64,000 nt of DNA from an uncultured Clostridia bacterium (GCA_944383355.1 CALWPF010000003.1:4246-68245), one strand, 5' to 3'. Numbered from the stretch's first letter, positions 39,463 to 51,772 are shown. Program-made: numbers and translations. Notes: generated by a model from the letters alone, not told the origin.

Positions 39463-42400
39463 CTACATATATTGGCTAGATGACACAGAAGTTATTAATA
39501 CTGTAGCATCATCTTTTATATCTTCTTGCCACTCCATAGATCCTGCCACATTGGTAGCGTGACTATGGAACTGTATTTTAAAATCTACAGTTGTGGAAGC
39601 ACTAGGCGCAAGAACTACGTCTTTAGATCCAGAAACAGTATCAGTACGCTCACCATCTAATATTCCACCTAAGTTTTCCCATGCACATCTACCAGTATAC
39701 GTCCACTTTAATGTGAATGAAATATAATATGGAGTATTATTATATACTGGAATACGGGATGTATAATACCATCTAGTTTCACCTATGAGTCCGCCACCAG
39801 TCTCCTTTGCGTTACCTGGTTTATAATAACCTATAGTCAATCCTTCCGCCTCGTTAGTAGAAGATACCTCTAACTTCTGCTCAGCATTACTAAAAGACTC
39901 ATTATTGCTCACATTTTGTCCCAACATATACCTCTCAAAACCTTGCCTCATATTTCCTGTGTAAGTAATCGTTATATTTGAATATTTCATATTAGCAATA
40001 TCTGGGAACTCAAAAGATCCACTACCATTTAGTGTTGTGGTTTGCGTGGAACCGCCATTAACAGAATATTGAATAGTAATTGCATATGTTGCTCCCCATG
40101 TACCACATGTGAATCTATAATTATGTCTCCATGTTACTTCTGGTGCAGTGACAACAGACCTATAAAACTTCCACTGACTCCCTATATACTCATATCCCCA
40201 TCCCTGTTTAAGTGTAATTCCAAGCTCATTGCCAACAATAGGTGTCGTATATTGACTATCGTTTATTGCTTGTTTTACTTGAGTATCATATTCAATACTG
40301 ACTGATGGTGAGTATGTTGCAGGCACTGAATAATCACAGGTAATAGTGTCAGAGCCGTAGTAAATATTATAAATTGAGCTGAGATCTGACTTTAATTTAC
40401 AGAATACACTAAAAGTATTTGTTCCTGCCTGGATATTACCAGCAAATCTAGTAGCACCATTCAAAGCTGTAACAGCGCTCAATGCACTACTGCTAAAGTC
40501 AAGCGCATCTGCTCTACTAGGGTTAAATTCATAAGAGTAACTATCTCGACTCCTAATAGTTGTAGTTGTAGTTTTTCTAATACCATTGACTGTCTGGATT
40601 AAGCCTATCTCCGTCTCACTTATAGCACTATTAGTAAATCCGACTGTACGACCAGATTGATTCACTGCACTAATGGTAATACCACCAGCAGTGGCGTATG
40701 CTGTAAAGTCTAACATCTCAATATAATAATATTTATAAGGAATAGCATATGTATAATCACTATCAAAAATATTACTTGTTGTATAATCGCTAGATGCTGA
40801 ATATTTGAAACGTAATGAATATTCCCCACCAGATGTTACTCCAGCGAACGCACTATCCAACAAACTGAGCACAGCCGTGCTATATCCCTCGCTATACCCA
40901 TTTGTATTTGAAAGGTCTTCACTGTAACTACTGTTACTAACTGACAACACCAACCTACTAGCACTTGTATTAAATGTAGAGTTATTATATTTAATTGAAG
41001 GGGCATTAGCTGTAGGAACATTGTTATTTACCGTTACGCCGGTAGTTATATCAAAGTCTACCTTGTTAACTAGTTTTACCCTATTGATAAACTTTATCTC
41101 TTGACTAGGATATGTACCACATATGTAATTATCTATTACCGACTGTGGCAATACTGGAGTAACTGTAATCTTGTATACACCTACACCATTATCCTGAGCT
41201 TGAGATACATTCCACGCATTTCCTTCGTTACCCTTGTAAATACTATTAGCCGCAAATGTATTAATTAAATCTACAATATCTTGACTAGTAGTAGTGGTAT
41301 TATTAATCAAGAAACTATATTTGTATTGTGAATTTGTAGTACCATTTGTTGCGTATGTATAAATAGTCACATATGATTGCGCATTAGCACTCTTTGACCA
41401 ATTTACACTAATGTTACCCTTTGATAACCTATATACATCATTTGTAGTAGTATTACCGTCATTTATTGTAACAATCTCACTGTCGTTGCAATCAAAATAA
41501 CTTTCTTTTACCTCAAGACTACTTGCAGTATTCGTAATATGTACTACATTCGTTCTCTCATAGAAATGTAATACTACCTCACTACTCTCTATACTATCCA
41601 CCCACCAGTTATTTGCTGTGTCACTAGCAATGGCGGTCAAAGTAATAGTTACTCTACCACCACCACTAGATCCAAAGAAGTTATAGAGCTTAGTATATAA
41701 AGAAGCACTAATATTTGGAAGCAAGTCTACATCACTAGCGTAGTCATAACGCAAAGATGGATCAGATGAATTCCCATAGAATCTATCGAATTCACTCACT
41801 ACTCCTTGTATTTGACTAGTACTCAAGCCATCATAAACAACTGGTTGCTTACCATCGGCTGAGATCTCTAATCTATAAGTAGCATAGTTTGCATTCGTAA
41901 TCTCACTGTATTCACGACTAGCATTAGCCTGTCCCCAAGTATATAATCCTGTCTCAAGTACTAGCAAATATGGGTTAGCTGCAAAATGTGACATTTGAGG
42001 ATCGTCTTGTGGGAATAGATTACTTTGCTCATTGTTTACATAAGTTGATGAACTAGCCTCTACTAGAGAACCTGACAAGTCATCAAACAGTATCTCTACT
42101 GTAGGTTGTGTCATTTGCTTACCAAGAGTAAGCATATTTGCTCCAGCGCTAGCAACTCTAGCTGTATCACTATTGCTATATGAATAGTTTACTCTCTGCT
42201 CAGCCCCATTTAGATCTATAAAGCTTGTAGAGAAGCTCTCAGAAGTCTGCGATGAAACTGACACATTAAAGGTCATTGTATTTGGTAAATTCATATAAAT
42301 CCATTCACCAAAGCTATCACTTATGTTTGGATCTATAGTTATGTTGAGGTATGCATAGTTACCTGTAATATCAACCTCTACTGGAAGATTGGTTGCACGC

Positions 42401-45400
42401 ATGGTATTACCACCACCTGCAGAGTATGATGTCGCTATTTGCACCTCAACATCAACCCTCTTCATCTCACTAAGTTGTACTGATATACCCTGATAGAATA
42501 TATCACTCATAGTCAGTCGGATGGTAAAGAATGGAGTCTCTGTAGTAGTATAAGCCAGATATTGTAAACCTTTATCTGTTACATCAAAGAAACCAGCATT
42601 ATCTACTAATTCTACAGAATTAATTGTAGGTGTTTGTAATTTCATTGAATGTTGGAAAATCCCATTGAAACTAACATGATTTTTGTTAAATTCATAGATG
42701 AGGCTACCATCTTCGTCATAGTCGTTTGTCCATGCCTTGATTGAGTAAACATAGTTTACTGTCTTGTCAACATAATTGCTACTCAGCAAGTCTGCTAAAG
42801 TCAGTCCATTTACTACAACGGTATTCCCAACCATTGTACCAACTTGTTTACCACACTCAACTTTGTGCTCGTTCTCAATCTTGAGTGAGTCATATAGGTA
42901 TAATATGCCATCTTGACTATCATCTTGTCCAAAGTACAAGTGTACCAGAGCAGAACGCAAATTACCATTACCATCTGTGTCAGTCGGATCATAAATATAC
43001 ATCTCAAATGCTATAGCATCTGTAGGAGCAAGGAACTCTATCCTGTACATTACATTATCAGTATTGTCCTCACCCTCTACAGCCATCTCTGCACTGACAG
43101 TCTGGAATACATCTTTTGCACCATTTGCTGTAGGAGCACCTAGAGGTGTCAAGTACATGTAGCCTACCTCTTCACTCCATTCGCTCGCCAGATAGAATTT
43201 TGATGAATAATTACTCTCTTGTCCACCACCAAATGTAGTAGCCTGCACCTTGATGTAATTGTAGTAGTTTAATGTTAATGACAATTGTTTGGTCTGCATC
43301 TGATTTGCAACATCTTGACTATTGTATTTGTAGTAATCATACTGTGAACCATTGTAATTGGTAAAGTCTGTAATAGTATTTGTAGATAATTCTCTACCCT
43401 CAGAATCACGAACGGTATTGGTAATATTTACAGAGAATTGTACACTATCAGGCATTTTACCATTTTCATCAGTATTAAAGATGTCCCATTGATCCTCAGA
43501 AACCATCCAATTTATTTCAAAGTCTTGACCATTATTTACATATACAAAATCGGTTACTTGTAGTGTTGGCAATCGTACAACATGTACAGTCCTGTATCTC
43601 TCATCGGTCTGTAATTGTCTAGAACCATCAGCCAACTCGTCTGCACCTACATAGTAATCCACACTAAATGCTCCTGCTACCATATAACCATCAAACAAGT
43701 TACCTACATCTACTCTTACGGTCTTGGTGTTTTGGTTTTCACCATCAAGGAATACTACTCTATCTTTTTGAGTACCGACCTCTACAGAGCCATCTTGTGC
43801 ACCAAATTCCCATGTATTTGTACCAGCATCTATCAAGCGATAGTAGTACCATACATCACGAGAATCTAATTTTGCATAAATTAATGTAGGAGTTTGTTGT
43901 TCAACCAAAATTACAGAAAACTCTAGATATGCACTGTGATTACCAGTAGATAACCAATCCTCTACCTTATCATTGCTAGCCCAGTCACTACTATTTAAGA
44001 AGGATTCTGTAACATTGATAACTTGGTCACCATATAGATAATTCCTGTCTGTACTACTACTGATTTGCCATTGAGCATTTACTTGGTTAGGTGAAAGCAC
44101 TATTCTACTAGTAGCATAGAATGATGACGTACTCTGGAATGCAATTGTCACTCTATAGCTAGCAGGAATTAATCTATCACCAGTCAGCCATACCTCAGCC
44201 TCCTCAGGAGACAACTCCAACTCCTCTATAGCATTTACTAGAGAATAATTCTCCATATATGTTGCCTCTGATACTAACTCGTTAAGCATAATTGTTGCCT
44301 CTACAGAGCCATCAGCGGCTAACTTTTCTAAGGTAACTTGATAACTCAATACACCTTTGTTTGGATCAGCCAACAATGCCTCAGACAAGTCCTCAATTCT
44401 CCATGTAAGACTAGAGTTATCTGTTAACCAATGTGTCTCATCTTCTATAAACTGAGGCAATGTAAAAGTGCTAGGCAATGCTGATAAATCAGCCTCTACC
44501 CATTCACCATCTAGGTAATATTGATTACCTGTAGGTGCTCTTGCTCTAATCATTACCACATTGTCTTGGACAGTCAATCTTGACAAAATGTTAACTATAT
44601 ACTCTCCTGGAATATACTGACCGCTAAACCCTGTGTAACCATTTACACTTATCTCAAAGTAGCCCTCAAACATACCCAATCTATAGTCATCAGTAAAATT
44701 CCAAGTCAAATTATAATCTGAGCCAACAACTACATCAGTAAATACACCAGGGTAAGCAATTATATAAGTATAATTTTGAGTATAAGGAGTCGCTGCTGTT
44801 GTGTAAGTGTCAGGTACTTTTGGGCTAGCATTTAGCTCAAAGTAATATTCTCCTGCAAGATAATATCCTACACTACGCAAAACATTATCCTCAAAGTATA
44901 TCCTCATATCAAATGTTATAGTACCATTCTCAGTATCCAAATCAAATCCTGTGTGCTCACCATCAAAAGCGTATTGTAGTTTACCGTCTACAATAGTGTA
45001 TTTTACTGTAGCACTATAGATGTTCTCATATCTATAATCACCCAACATGGATTGCATATTTACATAGTAAGTAATATCAATGTCAAAGTTTGGATCAGAT
45101 AATTGCCACTCTAGTATACCGCCCTCATCTGTAACGACAAAGTCAACAATCCTATATTTGTAATCAAATATACCTATCCTCTCTGTACCTGCATTAGCTA
45201 CATCACTACTTATATAATATGCTTGATTAGCTATATGATAAACTTGGAAGAAGTATTTTCCAGGTCCATACTGACTAACAAAGTCTAACATATCATTGTA
45301 TACAAAGTTTGAGCCAGAGAAGTTTGCTGCTGAAAGTGTCAAAATATACCACTCTTCATTACACAATACATAACTGCTACCATTCTCTTTGTATAGGCGT

Positions 45401-48400
45401 ATACCAAACTGCTCACCTAGTGTTGTACCATTCCTAAATGTAAAGTTGATACCATTAACATTAGTCTTTGCTAGATCAGAATATGTAGGAATAACTGCAT
45501 TAATACTAGGAGTGTCTAATTTCCTGTAAAGTACTTTAGTCTCAATTAATGTACTATTCTCAACGTTCTGCTCTCTATCCTCGTAGTACAAGCTGTTACC
45601 AGTCGCTTGCAACTCAATAACATTCTCTCCAGCGGTAACAAATCCTGATATGTTCAACTTGTACTGAGTACCCAACAATCTTATGTCAGACGAAGTATCC
45701 CAAGCTACTTCATTTGGGAAAATCTGGGATACAATACTTCCATTAACCTTTACTATTAATGACTCTGCAACATCAACTTTTTGGGTAAGAATCAAATATT
45801 TTGTGTTAAAGCCATAGTAATTAATATAATTATTGTAAGCCTCTAGGTTATCCTCAGAAACACTCACAGTGTGTGATACCTCATCGTACTCTACCCATGC
45901 GTCTGGCAAGATAGTGTAAGAATTAGCTTTTGGTTGTGTCAATACAAATTTGTTAGATATTTGTATTGCATCACTACGAGGAGAATCATTATACAAGTCA
46001 TAACCACAAATCATTACGCTTGCATAATAAATACCTGCTGGCAATGTGGATAGCATATCGGTCATATTAAATTGAATACTACTACTCAACTCAGAGTAAA
46101 CATAATCAATTCCCTCACCAGGCGCATAGCCTAATGTCAAGTATTCTTTGTCCACCAATTGATTAACATTTTGTGAATCTGTAATATACAATCTAAACAC
46201 AGCCTCATCTATCAAATCACTCCATTGAGGATTTTTATCCCAAGACAATAACTTGTTATAAGTAGTACCATTGATCAATTGATTACTGTTAAATCTCAAT
46301 CCTGTAATTTTGTCGTATGGCACTTTGACTGTAATCTCAGCATAACTCTCTGTAACGAATGAAGGTGTAGGAGGTACATAAACGCCTCTCTCCTCATCTC
46401 CAACAATACTTACTCTAATCACATAATGCCCAGGAGTCAAGCCAAACTCAGTATAGTATGGACTCAAATCAACATCAACATTGGTATCAACATAGAATGA
46501 CTCAAGCATTACAAAGTCAGCATAATTTGCACTAGCAGTAGCAGTACCAATCTCTACTAAGTATCTTGTAATTAAATCAACAGAATCCCAACTAGCAATG
46601 TCTTGCGTGGTAACTGTTACACCAGTTACTGCACTAGTAACTAATTGTGCTAATTCTATATCAGCATTTACTACATTAGGCATATACAGCGTAACAGTGT
46701 TACCATTTGAGTATGTCACTCCACCTACACCTAGATAATAATTATACAATCTAGTATTAGGCTGAGCCTCCATATACTCACGCATTGTCTCACCAGCAAA
46801 GTCTACACTAACAGTACTACCTGACTCTACAAATGAACTAGGCTCAAATACATATCCACCCATTTCAAGAGTAAAGCCATCAAATGTTATACCATTAGAT
46901 GTATCCATTGTACTATATGGATTCGTCCATGTCGCTGTATAAGTATCAGTACCAGCATTGTATGATACATCAAAGTCTCCTGGAGTCATACCTGTCAAGG
47001 CGTTAGTAAAGTATGTATCATTTGACTCTTGACTAGTAGCCTCTGCTGGGCTAGTAATCTTTGCACGTACTTTTAACTCAAATTTGTATGGAGTATTCGC
47101 ATCTTTTGAGTAACGTATCACTCTATTTGTATTGTTTTCATCAAAACCCATTGTTTGTGAAGTTACGGCATTGGTCAATAAATTGGTAATTGTCAATGTG
47201 TACTCGTATTGAGGAGTATATCCTTGACTATCTTTGTCCCAACTAAATACAGCCTCATTGCCATTATCCTCAAAATGCGTTACTGGTATACCAAGCGTTC
47301 CTATAGTCAAATCTTTTACAGTGGCACCGCCTGATGTATAATATGCAAAAGTATTGATTGGATAACTAGTACCAATTGTCAGTGCGTTAAAGTTTGTCTG
47401 TATAGTGATTCGCACTTGATTACCGTCTAACCAATAAGCAAGTAAACTTTGTACCAAAGCGTCATCATCGCCACCAGTAGCAAATACTGCGGTATTTGTC
47501 CCTTTAGCAATTGTACGACTAACTGTTTGACTCAAATCAGCACCAAAGTTGATAGATATAGTGTAACCAGTAATATTTGAGTAAGTATCAGTAGGCTCTG
47601 TAAAAGTTACACTCACTTGTGTGTCTGTCTTTCCAGTTTCGATATCCACTATCAATGGAAAATCTGTAGAATAATAGATATAGCAAACATTTGAGTATTC
47701 ACTAGCAGCATAATTACCATTAGCGTGATAACTAACTTGTATGGTGTAAACTCCAGCAGATGCAAAATAATTATTAGTCAATGCAAATATATAGTTAGCA
47801 GTATCTACAGTAGCATAACAATCAAAATAAGTCTTTTCACCTGTTACCACATTAGTAATTTGTAATGAGAAGTATGTAGTTGTACCCGCCAATGCCCCAA
47901 ATTGAATTGACTGACTAAAGTTATTTGCGAGTTGTACATATTGTCCAAAATCAGAATCTTGTCCACCAACCAAAGACAATTGTGGTGCTGTAAACTGGGT
48001 TACTAGTGAAAATCTAGTGCTATATACGTTAGAAGCATTGTAGTATGTCTCATTTTCTTTTGGCACAGCTTGAATAGTGATATTGTAGTCAGTAGCAGAT
48101 GCTAATGTTATAATGACGTTAGCATCATCTGGTCCATTAACCACCACTCTACGACTATCACTAGTCAATTCATTAGACCATGTAATCAAGTAATCTGCAT
48201 ACTTGCCATCGATAGACTCAGGAGTCCAAGTAATGGTAATCTCCATACCGTCCATATCATACCCAGTCTGCTCTATGCTAATGCCACTAGGTATACTATA
48301 TGTCTTGTAGTATTCCCAACCATAAGGGTCTGATATAGTACTATTACCAAACCTACCTGTACTATCCAGTGCCTGCAATGTGAAGTTGTGTACTCCAGCG

Positions 48401-51400
48401 CTTAAATTCCCAACTAGGTCTGTGATGTTTAACCATACACTAGCACCATTAGTAATAACATCATTATTGCCTACGGTAAATGTCAAACGCTCATCTCCCA
48501 ATATCAACAAATATCCATCAGCATTATCAACTAAGTTAGTATCTATATAATACTCACCAGCAGATACCAAAATACCATTGATAGTTGGGGTATTCAAATT
48601 ATTACCAAAATTATACAACTCAGAGTAGCCTTCACTAGTTATTGTTTCCTCTTCGCCATCATTATTGGTATATGTTGCACTAGCCGTTACCTTGAACCTA
48701 TACTCACCTTGACCATATTCAGTCAAATAATCATATATATACCACTCTGTAGCGTTACCTACCATATTGGTTACTACAGCAGTGTACTCTCCTGACTCTT
48801 GACGTAATTGTATCTCAAGTGTATAACTATCTGCAAAAACTACAGGGTCCCAAGACACACTACCATCTGCGTATACAATATTGGAAGGTACACTAAGAAC
48901 CAAATCAATAGCCAAATTGTATTCAACAGTAACAGAACTAACAGCACTACAAAAAGCGTATACTTTTATCTGATACAATCCAGAAACTCTATCATCTGTA
49001 CCCGAGTAGCATACTATATCACTAATATCAAATGAATGCTCCTCTATAGAGCCCTCACCCACTCCAGTACCAGACACATACCAGTAGAAGTACAAACCAC
49101 CTTCAATTCTATCAATTACATCTTGACCAAGATTATAATCCCATGACACCATCAAAGAATCCATATCCACACGAAGATTTTGAGGAGCTGGTAAGTAGTA
49201 GTCATTGTAAAAAGTTATCTTAGGCCAAACTGTACCAGCAGCAATACTTACATAGTCTGTAGTAACGCCCTCTGGTTTGTCATAACCAGGAACAATCTCT
49301 AGAGTATTATTGTCAAACAAAACGAATTCATCATATGGAACAACTAATGTTACCATACCACCATTTACTGCAAAATCTGTGATAGTGTAAGTGTTAATCA
49401 ATGAATCATTATAATGTAGATTTATTGAATACTTGTTAGCATGCCTTATCTCAGGGAAGGATAGTGAATATATTGGTAATCCGCCCTCATCATAACGCAC
49501 GATTAATTGTACCTGAGAACTATCAAAAGTCTGTAATACATAATAATATTCGTACTGCAATGTACCTTGGTCACTTTGACCAAAAGATGTTGTGGCATTG
49601 ACACTGACACCAATAGTATTTACACCAGGAACCAAGTAATCAGATATATATGTCTCAGTCATTGCTAAGTTACCCTCTACCAAGGCACCGTTAACAAATA
49701 CCGAGTAAGATGATGCATTATTTACAGGATCCCATGATAGTCTCCTTGAGTTTACCGATGTACCATCACTAATAGCCAAATTTGTAGGTGTAGCAAACTT
49801 TGGCATATAACTCAAGGAATACTGTCTAGATTGAGCACTGTTGATAAATAACGAATCTTCACTATCATCAGCCACAGCGACAACGCTCACATAGTACCAA
49901 CCAGCCTGTTTATCAGCAAAATACAATGTCATATCACCTTGCATAGTGCTGTCATCTAGCGGACTAATGACAGCATTGGTAACTCTAGTACTGCCGACAT
50001 AGATATCATAACTCACAGCGTTATCTACCATGGTCCATGTCAATGTCCTAGTGTCAAAATCAAAGTTAAGTATGGTAGGTGAAGTCAGAGGTTTTTTATA
50101 CCAAAAGTCTATAGGATCAGACCTAGCAGAACTATTATAGTATTCATATCCTCTAGCCTCAATAGTACAACGATAATATCCGGCAGGCATATAGTTTGAT
50201 GTAATCACCATGCTATATGCATCTGCACTAGCCTCACTAGCAACAACATATTCCTCACCAACAAAAGTCATATCGCTAGTGTCCCATTGCTGCAATCTTA
50301 CTAGGTAACCTTGGTTTGCCCATGCTACAGTATTCCAGGTAGCAGTAACACTACCATCTGTAGCTGTCATCAGTGAAAAACCTGTAGGTGTATCCAAATT
50401 TGTTATAGCTGAGTATGCATTTTCTGGCATAGGTGTCAGATCACTGTCAAAGTAGTACAATGCAACAGTAGTTGCCTGAATTCTAATCTTAAACAATCCA
50501 TCTGGTCTAGTTGTCAAAGGTTCATCATAAAAGCATTTACCATTGGCATCTAACACACCTGTAGTCTCAATAGTCTTGGAAAGATTACCATTAGCATCAT
50601 ATATAGTAATAACATAACCTGTTGCCTCGTATCCATACTCATCTTTTACAGGATCCCATGTAATACGCAAATTAGAACCTTGTTTGTAGTAGTCTAATCC
50701 TGTAGGCGTTGGCAATTTACGAGTAACGGTATAATTTAAGTCATTACTCTCTCCATCATCTACATAGTCAGCATATTCGTTGGTAACAGAGGCATAAATC
50801 TTAATCTTGCGATCGCCCAATTTTTGAGCATTTGCATTATTAGTCAAATCACAAACTATGTATGTCTCACCATTTCTCTCTTGAGTAGTAAAAACTACTG
50901 ACTCATCTAAAATATCATCAATATACATTGTGTATACATCTGCACCAACAACCTCAGGGAAGTAAATGATTCGAGAATCTGTAGTCTCTTCCATTTGAAT
51001 CGTAAAATCATCTAACTTTGTAGTCATATAGTAACGAACCTCGTTACTTTGACCACTAGGAAATACAAATTCTGGATTTTGCTGATTCTCAGCCTGTACA
51101 GTAAAGCGGAAAAGTAAATGTTCACCATACGTATAAACAATATTGTCTAAATTGTAAGAACATTCCTCAATATTCTCAATTGTGTCTACTATCTCATCAC
51201 CATCTTCCTCATACTTTACTGTCAAAACATATGTAGTACTAGTGTCCCCAATACTGTCCCAAACTAATTGAGAACCAAGCAAGATTTGAAGATTTGGTGT
51301 AGCCAAGGTAGTGGTGTAAGGGAGAATATACTCATCACTATACCTCGAACTAAATGAAGCAATAGTATAGATTGCTTTCACTTGGAAAGTGTAATTTTTG

Positions 51401-51696
51401 TACTCAGTAAGGTATGGAGTAACATCAAAAGAATTGGTCTCACTCAACTTACTAGAGCCATCGACTGTTACCTCATATCTAATAGCATCTGCTACCTCAC
51501 TAAATGTCAGGATATATCTACCATCTTCATTTTGAGTAATCTCTAGATTAGTAGGGGTATCCAATCTAGTTTTTCTGGCATCTGCACTACCACTACTATT
51601 ACCTAAAAACAGGAATAAGAGTCCAGCCACTACCAGTATAACGACAGCAGCTATTACTCCAATTATAATCCCGACCTTTTTGTTGGAACTCTTCAT
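39463..51696 (-). CDS. Giant (about 4077 aa) N-terminally anchored surface protein with tandem FN3/Ig-like repeats
   Basis: Basic N-terminus plus one TM helix; recurring L-x-(T/A)-P...W....Y...(G-x-Y)...V-x-A...S-x-x-S units of about 90-110 aa; start moved to the ATG after AGGGAG. Confidence 0.85.
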   Translation of the reverse strand: MKSSNKKVGIIIGVIAAVVILVVAGLLFLFLGNSSGSADARKTRLDTPTNLEITQNEDGRYILTFSEVADAIRYEVTVDGSSKLSETNSFDVTPYLTEYKNYTFQVKAIYTIASFSSRYSDEYILPYTTTLATPNLQILLGSQLVWDSIGDTSTTYVLTVKYEEDGDEIVDTIENIEECSYNLDNIVYTYGEHLLFRFTVQAENQQNPEFVFPSGQSNEVRYYMTTKLDDFTIQMEETTDSRIIYFPEVVGADVYTMYIDDILDESVVFTTQERNGETYIVCDLTNNANAQKLGDRKIKIYASVTNEYADYVDDGESNDLNYTVTRKLPTPTGLDYYKQGSNLRITWDPVKDEYGYEATGYVITIYDANGNLSKTIETTGVLDANGKCFYDEPLTTRPDGLFKIRIQATTVALYYFDSDLTPMPENAYSAITNLDTPTGFSLMTATDGSVTATWNTVAWANQGYLVRLQQWDTSDMTFVGEEYVVASEASADAYSMVITSNYMPAGYYRCTIEARGYEYYNSSARSDPIDFWYKKPLTSPTILNFDFDTRTLTWTMVDNAVSYDIYVGSTRVTNAVISPLDDSTMQGDMTLYFADKQAGWYYVSVVAVADDSEDSLFINSAQSRQYSLSYMPKFATPTNLAISDGTSVNSRRLSWDPVNNASSYSVFVNGALVEGNLAMTETYISDYLVPGVNTIGVSVNATTSFGQSDQGTLQYEYYYVLQTFDSSQVQLIVRYDEGGLPIYSLSFPEIRHANKYSINLHYNDSLINTYTITDFAVNGGMVTLVVPYDEFVLFDNNTLEIVPGYDKPEGVTTDYVSIAAGTVWPKITFYNDYYLPAPQNLRVDMDSLMVSWDYNLGQDVIDRIEGGLYFYWYVSGTGVGEGSIEEHSFDISDIVCYSGTDDRVSGLYQIKVYAFCSAVSSVTVEYNLAIDLVLSVPSNIVYADGSVSWDPVVFADSYTLEIQLRQESGEYTAVVTNMVGNATEWYIYDYLTEYGQGEYRFKVTASATYTNNDGEEETITSEGYSELYNFGNNLNTPTINGILVSAGEYYIDTNLVDNADGYLLILGDERLTFTVGNNDVITNGASVWLNITDLVGNLSAGVHNFTLQALDSTGRFGNSTISDPYGWEYYKTYSIPSGISIEQTGYDMDGMEITITWTPESIDGKYADYLITWSNELTSDSRRVVVNGPDDANVIITLASATDYNITIQAVPKENETYYNASNVYSTRFSLVTQFTAPQLSLVGGQDSDFGQYVQLANNFSQSIQFGALAGTTTYFSLQITNVVTGEKTYFDCYATVDTANYIFALTNNYFASAGVYTIQVSYHANGNYAASEYSNVCYIYYSTDFPLIVDIETGKTDTQVSVTFTEPTDTYSNITGYTISINFGADLSQTVSRTIAKGTNTAVFATGGDDDALVQSLLAYWLDGNQVRITIQTNFNALTIGTSYPINTFAYYTSGGATVKDLTIGTLGIPVTHFEDNGNEAVFSWDKDSQGYTPQYEYTLTITNLLTNAVTSQTMGFDENNTNRVIRYSKDANTPYKFELKVRAKITSPAEATSQESNDTYFTNALTGMTPGDFDVSYNAGTDTYTATWTNPYSTMDTSNGITFDGFTLEMGGYVFEPSSFVESGSTVSVDFAGETMREYMEAQPNTRLYNYYLGVGGVTYSNGNTVTLYMPNVVNADIELAQLVTSAVTGVTVTTQDIASWDSVDLITRYLVEIGTATASANYADFVMLESFYVDTNVDVDLSPYYTEFGLTPGHYVIRVSIVGDEERGVYVPPTPSFVTESYAEITVKVPYDKITGLRFNSNQLINGTTYNKLLSWDKNPQWSDLIDEAVFRLYITDSQNVNQLVDKEYLTLGYAPGEGIDYVYSELSSSIQFNMTDMLSTLPAGIYYASVMICGYDLYNDSPRSDAIQISNKFVLTQPKANSYTILPDAWVEYDEVSHTVSVSEDNLEAYNNYINYYGFNTKYLILTQKVDVAESLIVKVNGSIVSQIFPNEVAWDTSSDIRLLGTQYKLNISGFVTAGENVIELQATGNSLYYEDREQNVENSTLIETKVLYRKLDTPSINAVIPTYSDLAKTNVNGINFTFRNGTTLGEQFGIRLYKENGSSYVLCNEEWYILTLSAANFSGSNFVYNDMLDFVSQYGPGKYFFQVYHIANQAYYISSDVANAGTERIGIFDYKYRIVDFVVTDEGGILEWQLSDPNFDIDITYYVNMQSMLGDYRYENIYSATVKYTIVDGKLQYAFDGEHTGFDLDTENGTITFDMRIYFEDNVLRSVGYYLAGEYYFELNASPKVPDTYTTAATPYTQNYTYIIAYPGVFTDVVVGSDYNLTWNFTDDYRLGMFEGYFEISVNGYTGFSGQYIPGEYIVNILSRLTVQDNVVMIRARAPTGNQYYLDGEWVEADLSALPSTFTLPQFIEDETHWLTDNSSLTWRIEDLSEALLADPNKGVLSYQVTLEKLAADGSVEATIMLNELVSEATYMENYSLVNAIEELELSPEEAEVWLTGDRLIPASYRVTIAFQSTSSFYATSRIVLSPNQVNAQWQISSSTDRNYLYGDQVINVTESFLNSSDWASNDKVEDWLSTGNHSAYLEFSVILVEQQTPTLIYAKLDSRDVWYYYRLIDAGTNTWEFGAQDGSVEVGTQKDRVVFLDGENQNTKTVRVDVGNLFDGYMVAGAFSVDYYVGADELADGSRQLQTDERYRTVHVVRLPTLQVTDFVYVNNGQDFEINWMVSEDQWDIFNTDENGKMPDSVQFSVNITNTVRDSEGRELSTNTITDFTNYNGSQYDYYKYNSQDVANQMQTKQLSLTLNYYNYIKVQATTFGGGQESNYSSKFYLASEWSEEVGYMYLTPLGAPTANGAKDVFQTVSAEMAVEGEDNTDNVMYRIEFLAPTDAIAFEMYIYDPTDTDGNGNLRSALVHLYFGQDDSQDGILYLYDSLKIENEHKVECGKQVGTMVGNTVVVNGLTLADLLSSNYVDKTVNYVYSIKAWTNDYDEDGSLIYEFNKNHVSFNGIFQHSMKLQTPTINSVELVDNAGFFDVTDKGLQYLAYTTTETPFFTIRLTMSDIFYQGISVQLSEMKRVDVEVQIATSYSAGGGNTMRATNLPVEVDITGNYAYLNITIDPNISDSFGEWIYMNLPNTMTFNVSVSSQTSESFSTSFIDLNGAEQRVNYSYSNSDTARVASAGANMLTLGKQMTQPTVEILFDDLSGSLVEASSSTYVNNEQSNLFPQDDPQMSHFAANPYLLVLETGLYTWGQANASREYSEITNANYATYRLEISADGKQPVVYDGLSTSQIQGVVSEFDRFYGNSSDPSLRYDYASDVDLLPNISASLYTKLYNFFGSSGGGRVTITLTAIASDTANNWWVDSIESSEVVLHFYERTNVVHITNTASSLEVKESYFDCNDSEIVTINDGNTTTNDVYRLSKGNISVNWSKSANAQSYVTIYTYATNGTTNSQYKYSFLINNTTTTSQDIVDLINTFAANSIYKGNEGNAWNVSQAQDNGVGVYKITVTPVLPQSVIDNYICGTYPSQEIKFINRVKLVNKVDFDITTGVTVNNNVPTANAPSIKYNNSTFNTSASRLVLSVSNSSYSEDLSNTNGYSEGYSTAVLSLLDSAFAGVTSGGEYSLRFKYSASSDYTTSNIFDSDYTYAIPYKYYYIEMLDFTAYATAGGITISAVNQSGRTVGFTNSAISETEIGLIQTVNGIRKTTTTTIRSRDSYSYEFNPSRADALDFSSSALSAVTALNGATRFAGNIQAGTNTFSVFCKLKSDLSSIYNIYYGSDTITCDYSVPATYSPSVSIEYDTQVKQAINDSQYTTPIVGNELGITLKQGWGYEYIGSQWKFYRSVVTAPEVTWRHNYRFTCGTWGATYAITIQYSVNGGSTQTTTLNGSGSFEFPDIANMKYSNITITYTGNMRQGFERYMLGQNVSNNESFSNAEQKLEVSSTNEAEGLTIGYYKPGNAKETGGGLIGETRWYYTSRIPVYNNTPYYISFTLKWTYTGRCAWENLGGILDGERTDTVSGSKDVVLAPSASTTVDFKIQFHSHATNVAGSMEWQEDIKDDATVLITSVSSSQYM

Positions 51697-51772
51697 AATT
51701 TTTTCTCCCTGCGTCACTCTTATTGGACGAGCTTCGCAAAATTATTGTAATTTTTATCCTTTTTAACCGGCA

